32,000 nt of DNA from Salinibacter grassmerensis (GCF_947077765.1 NZ_CAMTTF010000001.1:314818-346817), one strand, 5' to 3'. Positions 22,473-32,000 are shown, numbered from the stretch's first letter. Made by a program: numbers and translations. Notes: generated by a model not told the origin, from the letters alone.

Positions 22473-23942
22473 ATGCTATTCCGACGGATCAGCGACGAGA
22501 AGCTTGCGCAGTACGCCTACCTGATCGGCTGTCAGGAGACCGGCGAGGCGCTTCTGGTCGACCCGGAGCGCGACATCGATCGCTACCTCAACATTGCCAA
22601 ACGAGAGGGACTCGAAATCACCGCCGTCGCTGAAACTCACATCCACGCCGACTTCCTGTCCGGCGCCCGCGAACTGGCCGAGCGCACCGACGCAGCGCTC
22701 TACCTCTCAGACGAGGGTCCCGATGACTGGAAGTACGAGTGGGCCCAAGGGCCGACCCAAAGCGGTGGGGACTACGACGTGACGTGGCTCTACGACGGCG
22801 ACACGTTCGCGATTGGCAACATCGAGATCACGGCCGTCCACACCCCGGGGCACACGCCGGAGCACCTTTCTTTCCTCGTGACCGACCGCGGCGGCGGGGC
22901 GACGGCGCCAATGGGCCTTCTAAGCGGAGACTTTCTGTTTGTCGGCGACCTCGGTCGGCCGGACCTCCTGGAGTCGGCGGCCCAGGTGGAGGGGGCGATG
23001 GAGCCGGCGGCGCGCACGCTTTACGAGTCGGTCCAGCGCGTGCTGGAGATGCCGGACCACCTGCAGGTGTGGCCGGGCCACGGGGCGGGGTCGGCCTGCG
23101 GGAAGGCCCTCGGCGCGGTGCCCCAGTCCACGCTCGGGTACGAGAAGCAGTTCAACCCGATGATCGAGGCGGCCCGCGAGGGGGAGGAGGCGTTCGTCGA
23201 GTCCATCCTGGCCGGCCAGCCGGAGCCGCCGACTTACTTCGCCCGCATGAAGCGAGACAACAAGGAGGGAATGCCGGTGCTCGGCGGGCTGCCCTCTCCC
23301 TCCGAGCTCACGGTCCGCGAACTTGAGGACGCCGTGACCAGCGAGGGGCCTACCGGCGAGAAGCCCCTCATCATCGACACGCGGCCGGGCCGGTCGGCCT
23401 ACATGGCCGGCCACATCCCCGGCAGCCTCTGCGCACCGATGAACGGCAGCTTCAGCACGGTGGTCGGATCGCTGGTGGAAGATGAAAACGCTCCGATTGT
23501 GCTCATCGCAGACGAGGAGGACGTAGAGGAGGCGGTCCGCGACCTGGTGCGCATCGGATACGACAACGTGACGGGCTTTGCAGAGATCGAGACGCTCCAG
23601 CGCTACTTCGAGGCGGGCGGCCCGAGCGAGACGATTGACGAGATCACGTTTGCGGACTTCGGCGCCGAATTGCAGGATGAAACGACAGGTGTGCTCGACG
23701 TGCGCTACCGCTTGGAGCATGAGGAGGGGCACGTGGAGGGGGCGATCAATGTCTCCTACACCCGCCTGCCGGAGCGGGAGGCGGACCTGCCGGAGGGGAA
23801 GACGCTGCTGGTGCACTGCGCGAGCGGGGCACGGGCGGCGGCCGCCTCGTCGTACCTGGCGCGGGCCGGGCACTCGGTCAAGTATGTGAACGACCACTTC
23901 CGGAACTACGAGCCAGACTCCGAGGAGGCAGTGACCGCGTAG
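22473..23942 (+). CDS. MBL-fold persulfide-dioxygenase-like domain fused to two rhodanese domains (CstB/YrkH-like architecture)
   Basis: MLFRRISDEKLAQYAYLIGCQETGEALLVDPERD...ITAVAETHIHADFLSG (metallo-beta-lactamase HxHxD motif), HTPGHTPEH and GHGAGS. This is followed by a rhodanese-like domain without a catalytic Cys (PLIIDTRP...IVLIADEED) and a terminal rhodanese with the active-site loop LVHCASGARAA. The start is set at ATG 22473. Confidence 0.9.
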   Translation: MLFRRISDEKLAQYAYLIGCQETGEALLVDPERDIDRYLNIAKREGLEITAVAETHIHADFLSGARELAERTDAALYLSDEGPDDWKYEWAQGPTQSGGDYDVTWLYDGDTFAIGNIEITAVHTPGHTPEHLSFLVTDRGGGATAPMGLLSGDFLFVGDLGRPDLLESAAQVEGAMEPAARTLYESVQRVLEMPDHLQVWPGHGAGSACGKALGAVPQSTLGYEKQFNPMIEAAREGEEAFVESILAGQPEPPTYFARMKRDNKEGMPVLGGLPSPSELTVRELEDAVTSEGPTGEKPLIIDTRPGRSAYMAGHIPGSLCAPMNGSFSTVVGSLVEDENAPIVLIADEEDVEEAVRDLVRIGYDNVTGFAEIETLQRYFEAGGPSETIDEITFADFGAELQDETTGVLDVRYRLEHEEGHVEGAINVSYTRLPEREADLPEGKTLLVHCASGARAAAASSYLARAGHSVKYVNDHFRNYEPDSEEAVTA

Positions 23943-24037
23943 AGCTGTTAGCGCGTCGCAGTTGGAGTGCCCAAACAAAGTGCCGGGCGCTCCCTCGCGT
24001 CGCTCCACTGCCGTCCGTCCATCTGACCCTCAATTTT

Positions 24038-24802
24038 ATGTATGCGGCCTGGCTTGGCGCTCTTCTTGTTGGCTTAGTGCTTGGCCTATTAGGATCCGGA
24101 GGGTCGATCCTCACTGTGCCCGTGCTGGTGTATCTGGTGGGTGAGCCCGGCAAGCTCGCCATCGCCGAGTCCCTCGGCATTGTGGCCCTTATCAGTCTCG
24201 TCGGGGCCATTCCGCTCGCCTTTCGTGGACGGGTGAGCTGGCGGACTGTGGGCTGGTTTGGCGGGCCCGGCATCGTGGGGGCGTACGCCGGCGCCTACCT
24301 GTCGCAGTTCATGTCGGGGGCCGTGCAGCTCGTGATTTTTGCCCTCGTGATGCTCGGGGCGGCGGCCTTGATGTTTCGCCGCCCCCCCTCCGATCGGATG
24401 GATGAGCCAGGCCGGGCCTTCTGGAAGGTGATGGGGGACGGTCTGGGCGTGGGGGTGCTTACGGGCCTCGTGGGCGTCGGGGGCGGATTTTTGATCGTGC
24501 CGGCCCTGGTGGTGCTCGGGGGCCTCTCGATGCACCTTGCCGTTGGCACCAGCCTCGCCATCATCGCCCTCAAGAGCGCCGGCGGATTCGTGAAGTACCT
24601 CGACGTGATGGAGGCGGCCGGCCTCACGATTCACTGGGATCTGGTGCTGGTCTTCTCCGGCATTGGCATCGTGGGTAGCTTCGTGGGGGGACACATCGGG
24701 GCGCATGTGCCGCAGAAACGCCTCAAGCGAGGCTTTGCGGTCTTTCTGGTCGTGATGGGCGTGGTGGTCCTCGGACAAAATCTAGTGAGATTGTTCGGCT
24801 GA
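24038..24802 (+). CDS. TauE/SafE (DUF81) family sulfite/organosulfonate anion exporter
   Basis: 254 aa with about 8 TM helices. Both halves contain the family-typical pattern ...[17 protein letters not shown]... and ...[17 protein letters not shown].... Confidence 0.85.
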   Translation: MYAAWLGALLVGLVLGLLGSGGSILTVPVLVYLVGEPGKLAIAESLGIVALISLVGAIPLAFRGRVSWRTVGWFGGPGIVGAYAGAYLSQFMSGAVQLVIFALVMLGAAALMFRRPPSDRMDEPGRAFWKVMGDGLGVGVLTGLVGVGGGFLIVPALVVLGGLSMHLAVGTSLAIIALKSAGGFVKYLDVMEAAGLTIHWDLVLVFSGIGIVGSFVGGHIGAHVPQKRLKRGFAVFLVVMGVVVLGQNLVRLFG

Positions 24803-25282
24803 TGGGCTGGCCGGGGACTTCGCGATTGTGAGACTGATGGATTGGAGGCGCTGCAGATTGAGCGACTGTGGGGGATGCTCGAAGCGGCCCCTGCTTCCCC
24901 GGCACGTCTTCGGAGAAGGACTTCCGATATGCTCTCGGCATGCCTCGACCTGCCTACCCTCCGGTGGGCCGATGTGGAGTCTCCGATTCCAGTGTAGCAG
25001 GGGCATCGTCTCGACTGTGACCGACGGCCGCCGTTCTGGCGTGTCCATCGCCTGACCCATGGACGGCGGGACGGCGATACAGAAGAACTTGGCTCTTCTC
25101 CGCACCGCCTGTCCATGGTAGGGACTGGCCCCCGCGGTCCTACAGACTACGGAGGCATGCCCCGCTCCAGGTGATAACGGTTCGTTAACCGTTTGGTGAT
25201 GTTGACGATAACACACCTCTGATGCGAAAGAAGTTTGTGGAACTGCGCTCCATGCCGTTTCACGATTCCAAACAGTGTCCCC

Positions 25283-26632
25283 ATGACCTTCGACGTGGTT
25301 TCACCGTGGGACAGCTTCTTCGTGCTAGTCGCGTTCCTTGGGGTCTGGCATTGTACATTACTTGCGATCATGGCTGTGGCCCGAATACAAGGAACCGGCC
25401 GGTGGTATCTGAGCGGCGCATTCGGGGGGCTTGGGTATACTCAGGTCACTTTGACGCTGCTCTCCATGAATCTCGGAGAACAGCTTCCGTTCTGGATGCC
25501 GTTTCAGTTTCCGCTTGCGAGCATCGGGATGGCCATTGCCCCGTGCTTCTACCTGTGCGTGCGACACCTTCTCCGCCCCGGTCGGTCGCCAGACTGGAAA
25601 GACGCGCTGCACTTTTTGCCAGCGGCCATCCAGTTCTGCATGCAGATTCCAGTCCTGCTCGCAGGGCCGCTACGCCCGGATCTCGCGACCCACTACACGT
25701 CTATTGGTCTGGCCGACTCCTTCATTCCGGGGGCCGAGCTTCCCCGGGTGATCGGACTGGTGTACCTCGGATTGGTGGCCTACCTGCTGTGGGCCCACTC
25801 CCAGCGGTCAGACGTTGATCGTGATGCTCGATTCCCCCTGGCGTGTGCGGTGGCCATCACACAGGCCGGCCTTTGCCTCTTGATCCCCATCTTTTCGGCG
25901 GACTCGTACGCGTGGCTTCGGCCCGTCGGAATTGGCGGCGTGACCACCGCCCTGGTCGTGAGCATAGCGGCTACTCTGGTCTCGTTTCGGGCGCAGCCCA
26001 ACAGGCGGCAGGTTGCGTCGACCAGAGGCTCCGGAGACCGGATTGCCCCGTTTGCGTCTGTGACGGCCGAGAACGATGTGCCCGCGGGCGCCGGCCTGGT
26101 GGAGACCATCGGGCCGATCAGGCCAGCGGCTCGCGACACGGAGAACGGCGACTCAGTCCCCGCTGGTAACATATCCGTGACGGCCGCCGGGCAACGGAAA
26201 GACGGGGCCGAGCCCGAAGCCGCCGACGACAAGGCGGCCTCCTCCAAGTACGAAACGTCGTCGCTGTCGCCCGAACAGAAAGAGCGTTTCTGCACCCAAA
26301 TTGTCCAGCATATGGAGGCGGAAGAGCCGTACTTGGACGGCGACCTTACGCTCCGGCAGATGGCCGACCAGGTCGATGTGCCACCGCGCTACGTCTCTCA
26401 GGTCATCAACGAAAAGCTCGATCAGAGCTTCACGGAGTGGGTCAACAGTTATCGGGTCGAAGCGGCCAAGAACCTGCTGGTCGATGATGCGCGCGAGCAC
26501 TTGACGGTGGTTGCCATCGCCCACGAGGCGGGATTCAATTCGAAGTCGACGTTCTATTCGGCCTTCAAACGGAAGGCCGGGACGACCCCTGCGGCGTACC
26601 GGCGGACGCAGCGGGCGTCCTCGGCCGCGTAG
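25283..26632 (+). CDS. AraC-family transcriptional regulator with an N-terminal ~7-TM membrane domain
   Basis: The C-terminus carries two HTH units: LTLRQMADQVDVPPRYVSQVINEKLDQSFTEWVNSYRVEAAKNLL...VVAIAHEAGFNSKSTFYSAFKRKAGTTPAAYRR. The N-terminal 250 aa consist of hydrophobic helices, and a low-complexity linker lies between the two parts. The start is set at ATG 25283 (25235 is possible). Confidence 0.8.
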   Translation: MTFDVVSPWDSFFVLVAFLGVWHCTLLAIMAVARIQGTGRWYLSGAFGGLGYTQVTLTLLSMNLGEQLPFWMPFQFPLASIGMAIAPCFYLCVRHLLRPGRSPDWKDALHFLPAAIQFCMQIPVLLAGPLRPDLATHYTSIGLADSFIPGAELPRVIGLVYLGLVAYLLWAHSQRSDVDRDARFPLACAVAITQAGLCLLIPIFSADSYAWLRPVGIGGVTTALVVSIAATLVSFRAQPNRRQVASTRGSGDRIAPFASVTAENDVPAGAGLVETIGPIRPAARDTENGDSVPAGNISVTAAGQRKDGAEPEAADDKAASSKYETSSLSPEQKERFCTQIVQHMEAEEPYLDGDLTLRQMADQVDVPPRYVSQVINEKLDQSFTEWVNSYRVEAAKNLLVDDAREHLTVVAIAHEAGFNSKSTFYSAFKRKAGTTPAAYRRTQRASSAA

Positions 26633-27313
26633 GGTGATGAGAAGCGGCGCGGCCGGTATTCCGCGGCTGGCGACTCCACTGGCCCTGGCCCGTACATCAG
26701 TCCCCCGGTTGCCCTGGGCCAAGAGCCCACGGTGATGGGAAATCGTTGGGCCGGGAGAAAGCTTGGTCAGGTCTCTTGCCCGAGCCTGGGCGGATCGGCG
26801 GCGGGACCCATCCTTCGTGTGCGCCAACCGGTTCCCCCAGCCGCCACGGGGAGAATGAAAAGAGCACGCGGGGGCCCAGCCAGGTCTTTGCCCCGCGTTG
26901 TCCCAAACGCTTGCGACCGGGTCGGTGAGCCGAGGCAGTCTCGATCGATAGCCCCCACGCGCCCATCGGCGATTAAGGTCGGCACAGCGGCCCCCTAGCC
27001 TCTATGGTGGAGAGCACAGGCCCGCACGCCTTTCCTCCTCACATCTGCCTACGGTCCTCTCTCGTGTAAGGCTGGACTCTCGTCAAGAGAACGCGGGCTC
27101 GTGCAGGTCCCATCCGGCGCGTTCCAAACGACACAGGGGACGTTCCGACATCACGATCTCGGACGGGGATCGCGATGTCGAACGTCCAACCGCTTGAAGT
27201 TGAACGACGCTGGGGTGTATGGCGGCCATATTGGGAATTGTGTTCACATCCGGCTCCAACGGGGCGTGCTCACGACCTGCTCCCACCTGCTTCTCAACTC
27301 CGCCAGCAAAGCA

Positions 27314-30250
27314 ATGGCCCCTTCACGCCACTCGCAGAACCCAGATTCTGCGCCCACTGACTCACGCAACCACGGCCCTTCACCTTTCCCGTCTCTACTG
27401 CGGCACGCAGCGGCCGCCGGGGCGGGACGTCTTCTGGTGCTTCTGCTGGGACTGTGTGTTGTCATCGCGGCCCCCGCATCGGCCCAGCAGGATAGAACCG
27501 GTACGGTCACGGGGGTCGTGACGGACTCGGCGCGAGGCACTCCACTTCCCGGCTCCAACGTACAGTTGTCCGAGGTGGGGCGCGGGACCAGTACGGACCG
27601 CAACGGGCGATTCCGTATCGAGGGCATACCCGCCGGGGAGCACACGCTCCGCGTAACGTACATTGGGCGCAAGCAGGAACGCCGGACGGTGAGCGTAAAG
27701 CCCAACGAGATCACGCAGGCGGATGTCGTGCTTACCCGAAAGGCCACCGAGATGGGTGGGGTAAGCGTCAGTGCATCCCCAATTGTGGGGTCGCAGGAGG
27801 CCGCGCTCTCGCGACAGAAGGCCGCCCCGGTGGTCAAAAATATTATTGCCTCGGACCAGGTCGGGAAGTTTCCGGACCAGAATGCGGCGGCCGCCCTCTC
27901 GCGGGTCCCTGGGGTTGCCATTCAGCGCGACCAGGGCCAGGCCCGGTACGTCAATCTTCGCGGCACTCCGCAACGGTGGACGCGACTTGCAATCAACGGG
28001 CTCAATGTGATTGGGTCCGAGGGCCGCGTCGTCCGGTTCGACGAGATTCCGGCCCCGATCATTCATTCGACGGAGGTAACAAAAGCAATTGCCCCGAACA
28101 AACCGGCCTCCGCGATCGCGGGGCAGATCAATGTGGAGACCGCCTCGGCGTTCGACAATCCCGGGTTGCATGTCAACGGGGAGGTGTCCCCGGGGTACAT
28201 GGGCATGAGTCAGGACCTCCAGTACGACGCGTCGGCGCAGATCTCCAATACGTGGAACGAGACCCTCGGCATCGTCCTGACCGCCTCTCGGTACAAGCGA
28301 AATCAGGTTACGAACAACATTGAAAGTGGCTACGAGATCGGTCCGGACGGCAGGCTCTGGCCCAGCGAGGCCGACTATCGGGTGTACTACCTCGACCGCA
28401 CCAATAATGCCTTTAGCGGCCGGTTCGACCTTCGCCCGAGCGAGACACAGGAATTTTTCGTCTCCTCCACCTACGTCGAGTTCAACGACGACGAGCAACG
28501 AAACCAGTACGTGTTCGATTTAGGCGGCGCCTCTGGGTTTCAGGAGGGCTCGAACACCCCTACGCAGGGCACCCTGCAGGACGTCTCTAGGAACGGGCTC
28601 CTCGGCCCGGGGCGGTACCGCAACAGCACCTGGACGAACATGGTGGGCGGAGAGAGTCAGTTTGGGGCCTGGGATCTCAGCTACCGGGGGAGCTACACAC
28701 GGACGTCATCATCGGCGGAGCTCCCGCTCATGCGACCGGGGCAGTCCAGTCCGTCGCTGACCGCCGAGTACGACTTCAGCGACCCCAACTTCCCATCGCT
28801 CGACCTCTCCAGCCCGACGTCCTCGTCCGTCGACGACCTCTCACAGACCGACTACGAGACTGATCTCGGGCTTGACATCAACAGCCAGTCCGACACCGAC
28901 GCCTACGCAGCCAAGATCGATCTTCAGCGCAACTGGAGCCTCTTCGGCACCTCCTCGGACATTCAATTCGGGGCCAAGTTCGACACCCGAGAGAAGAGCG
29001 GGTACGACTTCGCAGTGAGCACTATCCCCTTCTATTTGCTCCAAAAGGCCGGTGCGCCCGCAATCGATTTTGAGGGACAACTGATGGACGAAGGGCTGCG
29101 AAGCGATTTTCCCTTTCCCAATCGCTACGACCTGGAGCGGTTTGACGTGTCGGGACTGGAGAATGAGTTTGACCGCGCCGTCCGTCAGCTCGAAGAAGCC
29201 GGCCTGTACGACCGGAGTGAGGCCGTGCCGGATGAAAATCGGTACACCGTGCAGGAAGACATCTATTCCGGCTATGTCATGAACACCTGGTCGCCGTCGT
29301 GGGGGAGCGTGCTGGGCGGCGTCCGTGTCGAGCAGGCCGGCTATGAAAGCGACGGGTTTCGGGTCGTGGACGACGGCTCAGAGTCGGTATCGACCTCCAC
29401 CAGCGAGACGGAATTCTTTCCCAGCCTCCACGTCAATGTCGACGTGACAGACGACATTCGAATTCGGGCCGCCGGAACGCGTACCATCGGCCGTGCCGGC
29501 TTCGCCGAACGGCGCCCAAGCGTGAACATTGATGACGCCAATCAGACCATCAACGGAGGGAATCCGTCCGTGAAGGCGGAAAAGGCCTGGGGGGCGGACC
29601 TCAGCTTCGAGTACTACCTGTCCGGGGCGGGAATTGCGTCCGTAAGTGGCTTCGGCAAATGGATTCGCAACCCGCAGTTTGCGTCCGCCACGATCGTGGA
29701 CGGCGATCGATTCGACGCCGACGGGCGCGACCGCAGCGGATACATCTACGAGACCACGCTCAACGGACAGGACGGGCGCATCTACGGCGTCGAAATGGAA
29801 TACTCTCAGCAGTGGATCTTCCTGCCCGGCGCGCTGGGGGGGCTAGGCGTGCAGACGAACGCCACGTTCCTCGATAGCAAGTTTACGACGCCCGACGCCC
29901 CGAACACAGAGCCTCGCGAGGCCCGATTCCCAGGCACCTCCGATGCAATCTTCAACGGGTCCGTCTTTTACGAGCGCTATGGCCTCTCGGCACGTCTCAG
30001 TTACCAGTGGCGCGACGACTGGGTCGATTCGTTGGACCCGACCGATGAACGCCTCGACACCTACTGGGACGACGAATCCCGCCTGAGTGTGTCGGCTCGC
30101 TACTCCTTTTCCGACCGCTACACCGTGTTCGCCGACGCAAACAACTTGACCGACGAGCTGGGACGTCGCTATAAAGGCAGCGAGGGCAACCCGCTTGAGG
30201 TAGAAGGGTTTGGCCGGCGCTATCAAATCGGCGTGCGGGTGAGCTACTGA
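27314..30250 (+). CDS. TonB-dependent outer-membrane receptor with an N-terminal carboxypeptidase-regulatory-like (CarboxypepD_reg) domain
   Basis: Signal region: ...GRLLVLLLGLCVVIAAPASAQQ. GTVTGVVTDSARGTPLPGSNVQLSEVGRGTSTDRNGRFRIEGIPAGEHTLRVTYIG is the CarboxypepD_reg pattern. The plug is DQVGKFPDQNAAAALSRVPGVAIQRDQGQARYVNLRG. A long beta-barrel ends ...GRRYQIGVRVSY. The start is set at ATG 27314; the upstream part of the track ORF looks non-coding. Confidence 0.85.
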   Translation: MAPSRHSQNPDSAPTDSRNHGPSPFPSLLRHAAAAGAGRLLVLLLGLCVVIAAPASAQQDRTGTVTGVVTDSARGTPLPGSNVQLSEVGRGTSTDRNGRFRIEGIPAGEHTLRVTYIGRKQERRTVSVKPNEITQADVVLTRKATEMGGVSVSASPIVGSQEAALSRQKAAPVVKNIIASDQVGKFPDQNAAAALSRVPGVAIQRDQGQARYVNLRGTPQRWTRLAINGLNVIGSEGRVVRFDEIPAPIIHSTEVTKAIAPNKPASAIAGQINVETASAFDNPGLHVNGEVSPGYMGMSQDLQYDASAQISNTWNETLGIVLTASRYKRNQVTNNIESGYEIGPDGRLWPSEADYRVYYLDRTNNAFSGRFDLRPSETQEFFVSSTYVEFNDDEQRNQYVFDLGGASGFQEGSNTPTQGTLQDVSRNGLLGPGRYRNSTWTNMVGGESQFGAWDLSYRGSYTRTSSSAELPLMRPGQSSPSLTAEYDFSDPNFPSLDLSSPTSSSVDDLSQTDYETDLGLDINSQSDTDAYAAKIDLQRNWSLFGTSSDIQFGAKFDTREKSGYDFAVSTIPFYLLQKAGAPAIDFEGQLMDEGLRSDFPFPNRYDLERFDVSGLENEFDRAVRQLEEAGLYDRSEAVPDENRYTVQEDIYSGYVMNTWSPSWGSVLGGVRVEQAGYESDGFRVVDDGSESVSTSTSETEFFPSLHVNVDVTDDIRIRAAGTRTIGRAGFAERRPSVNIDDANQTINGGNPSVKAEKAWGADLSFEYYLSGAGIASVSGFGKWIRNPQFASATIVDGDRFDADGRDRSGYIYETTLNGQDGRIYGVEMEYSQQWIFLPGALGGLGVQTNATFLDSKFTTPDAPNTEPREARFPGTSDAIFNGSVFYERYGLSARLSYQWRDDWVDSLDPTDERLDTYWDDESRLSVSARYSFSDRYTVFADANNLTDELGRRYKGSEGNPLEVEGFGRRYQIGVRVSY

Positions 30251-30303
30251 TGCCCTCTGCTCCCGACCTCGTTTCTCCCCTCAGCCAAGCGCGTGTTTCA
30301 ACC

Positions 30304-31461
30304 ATGTTCTACTCAGCATCCATGCAGCCCCGAGCCGTGGTATTCTCTGCCCTCATCACTGCGTTTTTGATCGTCGGCTCTGTGCTCCCTGCGCAGTCTC
30401 AGCCCCGTGCGCAGGCATCGTCGGCGGCACGGGTGGCGATAACAGCGGCCGACGCGGAGCGTATGGCTTCTGGAACGTACCGCCTGACGTGGAGTCAGAC
30501 CTCGACGGAAACCGCCGTCTCAATCTACGTGTCCGGCCGTCCCGATGCGGCGCCGGCGCAGATGCACCGCCTCGCCACCGACGTCCGGGCAACACGCTAT
30601 GAGGCCACCGTGCCGGACAGCATCGCGCGTCCCTACTTTGTGATTCAGCCCGACCGCGAGGGCGCTGGGCGTCGGACGGCCACTCGCGTGCTTCCGCTCG
30701 AGGGGGGACGCAATTTCCGGGACCTCGGCGGCTATGCCGCCGCGGAAGGGCAACGCGTGAAGTGGGGAACGGTCTATCGATCGGGCGTGCTGTCGAATCT
30801 CACCGATGCGGATTACGACTACCTGGAGCATCTCGGCATCAAGGTGGTCTGCGACTTTCGGTCGTCGGACGAGCGCGTCTCCGAGACAACGAATTGGCGC
30901 GGTGCCTCAACCCCGAAAATCATTTCCTGGGGGTACACAAACGAGAGCGGAGACGACCTAAAAACGCTCTTCTCAGGGGACCTCACCGCCGAGAAAATGC
31001 ACGGGGTGATGATTGAGATGTATACCCGAATCGCATACCAGCACGCCGACAAGTACGCTACGATGTTTCGCCACGTGGCCGAGGGCAAGACCCCGCTTCT
31101 CTTTCACTGCTCGGCCGGGAAAGACCGCGCGGGCACCGGGACAGCGCTCCTGCTCAGCGCACTGGGCGTAGACCGCGAGACCATCGTTCAGGACTACGCG
31201 CTGTCGGACGACGTTGTCGACTACGAGGCGGAGTACAGCGACGCCTTCGAAAACCCTCAGGAGGAGGGGGGCATCGTCGCCAAACTGGCGCGGCTCTCCC
31301 CCGAGGTCCGGGCCCCGCTTTTTGAGTCGGATCCGGCGTATATCCAGTCAATGTTTGCTACGCTCGAAGAAGAGCACGGCTCCGTAGCGGGCTTCATCAA
31401 AGAGGTCATGGGCGTGAGGCCGGAAACGCTGGCACAGATGCGGGCTCGCCTTCTCGAATGA
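30304..31461 (+). CDS. Secreted protein-tyrosine-phosphatase-like enzyme (Y_phosphatase3 family, CX5R P-loop)
   Basis: Signal peptide: ...MQPRAVVFSALITAFLIVGSVLPAQSQ. GGRNFRDLGG motif. Catalytic loop: LLFHCSAGKDRAGTGTALLL. Possible starts are 30250 (overlapping the TBDR stop as TGATG), 30304 and 30322. Confidence 0.8.
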   Translation: MFYSASMQPRAVVFSALITAFLIVGSVLPAQSQPRAQASSAARVAITAADAERMASGTYRLTWSQTSTETAVSIYVSGRPDAAPAQMHRLATDVRATRYEATVPDSIARPYFVIQPDREGAGRRTATRVLPLEGGRNFRDLGGYAAAEGQRVKWGTVYRSGVLSNLTDADYDYLEHLGIKVVCDFRSSDERVSETTNWRGASTPKIISWGYTNESGDDLKTLFSGDLTAEKMHGVMIEMYTRIAYQHADKYATMFRHVAEGKTPLLFHCSAGKDRAGTGTALLLSALGVDRETIVQDYALSDDVVDYEAEYSDAFENPQEEGGIVAKLARLSPEVRAPLFESDPAYIQSMFATLEEEHGSVAGFIKEVMGVRPETLAQMRARLLE

Positions 31462-32000
31462 GGCGTCCTCTCCGGGCAGGGGGCAGGGCAGTAGGCCCCG
31501 CGTGTCTTCTCGATCGGGCCCGTTGGGACGAACGCCGCAGGGATGCTCGTCGGTGCAAGTCCTCCCCTCTGGTCGGCTCCGATGAATGGTGCCCAGTGGG
31601 GCGGCGGCAAAAATGACACTTGCCTGCCTCACCGCTGGTGGCATCACTGCCCAACCCTTTCTTGCTGCTCCCCACTTCTGCTGCCTGGCGGATACTGCTC
31701 TGGCCGTCAGTCACCAACCACTGCAGGGGCGGTTCACCACGGTAGGAGTCCTGTGCCGGTCGAGTGAGAGGAGCCCACACACCTCTGAGGGGTAAATCGG
31801 CAGGACGTGGGGCCGCGGCGCTTCCCTCTAATGCGGTCCTCGTCCCTATGGTGGAGGGAGGCACCCGCCCAGAGGAGAGGCAGGCCTACCACGGAGGTCT
31901 GCCCGAGCTCTGTCCCGGAATAAAGCGGGGGTGGTCGTGCCGACGAGCGCAGCCCCGTGCTTCGCCGCCGCCTCGTTCCGGAGCGCCGCGCGAGGTACCG

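Noticed and set aside
27002-27012. Exact 11-mer CTATGGTGGAG shared between two intergenic regions (27002-27012 and 31846-31856), with loosely similar flanks
   Set aside because: Exact 11-mer repeats are expected many times by chance in 32 kb. The flanks do not align convincingly, so there is no support for a REP/MITE family from this window alone.
31931-32000. Possible gene at the right edge. One reading is a + strand GTG start (VVVPTSAAPCFAAASFRSAARGT). The other is the C-terminus of a minus-strand gene whose start lies beyond the window (…AALRNEAAAKHGAALVGTTTPALFRDR…), open from 32000 down to a stop near 31848
   Set aside because: Both frames have high GC3 and neither shows a motif. There is too little sequence to decide.
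1-32000. Search for tRNA/rRNA/tmRNA, CRISPR repeats, IS elements, integrases, toxin-antitoxin pairs or known defence genes
   Set aside because: I noticed no GGTTCGAATCC-type T-arm, no regularly spaced direct repeats, no transposase/integrase/RT-like translation and no small adjacent ORF pairs. This was a scan by eye only, so short or degenerate elements could have been missed.

Overview
The window is GC-rich, with third codon positions mostly G/C. The proteins have an acidic bias and the gene content is Bacteroidota/Rhodothermota-like: a CarboxypepD_reg-type TonB-dependent receptor, a PD40/TolB-propeller outer-membrane protein and a membrane-anchored AraC regulator. My best guess is a Salinibacter-like halophile; this is inference, not a search result.

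Gene order is almost entirely on the + strand:
- recQ 3' end
- secreted hypothetical protein
- about 1 kb spacer containing a cobalamin-riboswitch-like aptamer
- class II (B12-dependent) ribonucleotide reductase nrdJ
- terminator/attenuator
- fused aspartokinase-diaminopimelate decarboxylase
- about 0.74 kb gene-free region
- AIM24/DUF124 protein
- umuD-umuC
- NFACT/RqcH-like protein
- large zincin + TolB-propeller + beta-barrel outer-membrane protein (minus strand)
- ba3-type cytochrome oxidase operon (small subunit, II, I) plus an associated membrane protein
- GntR/HutC regulator
- decayed 3' relic of a heavy-metal P-type ATPase
- persulfide-dioxygenase-like MBL + rhodanese fusion and TauE/SafE exporter
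- membrane-anchored AraC regulator
- TonB-dependent receptor
- PTP-like phosphatase

I found no rRNA, tRNA, CRISPR array, transposase, integrase or recognisable defence system.

The most unusual items are:
1. A compact cobalamin-riboswitch-like element in front of a cobalamin-dependent RNR.
2. A terminator with a competing helix ending 17 nt before the lysC-lysA start codon.
3. The tri-modular 1065-aa outer-membrane protein.
4. The P-type ATPase relic, which marks a rearrangement junction next to a regulator-less sulfide-detoxification pair.
5. Two long gene-free spacers (1886-2571 and 8411-9147) that I cannot assign.

Most of the long antisense ORFs in the track are GC-driven artefacts.
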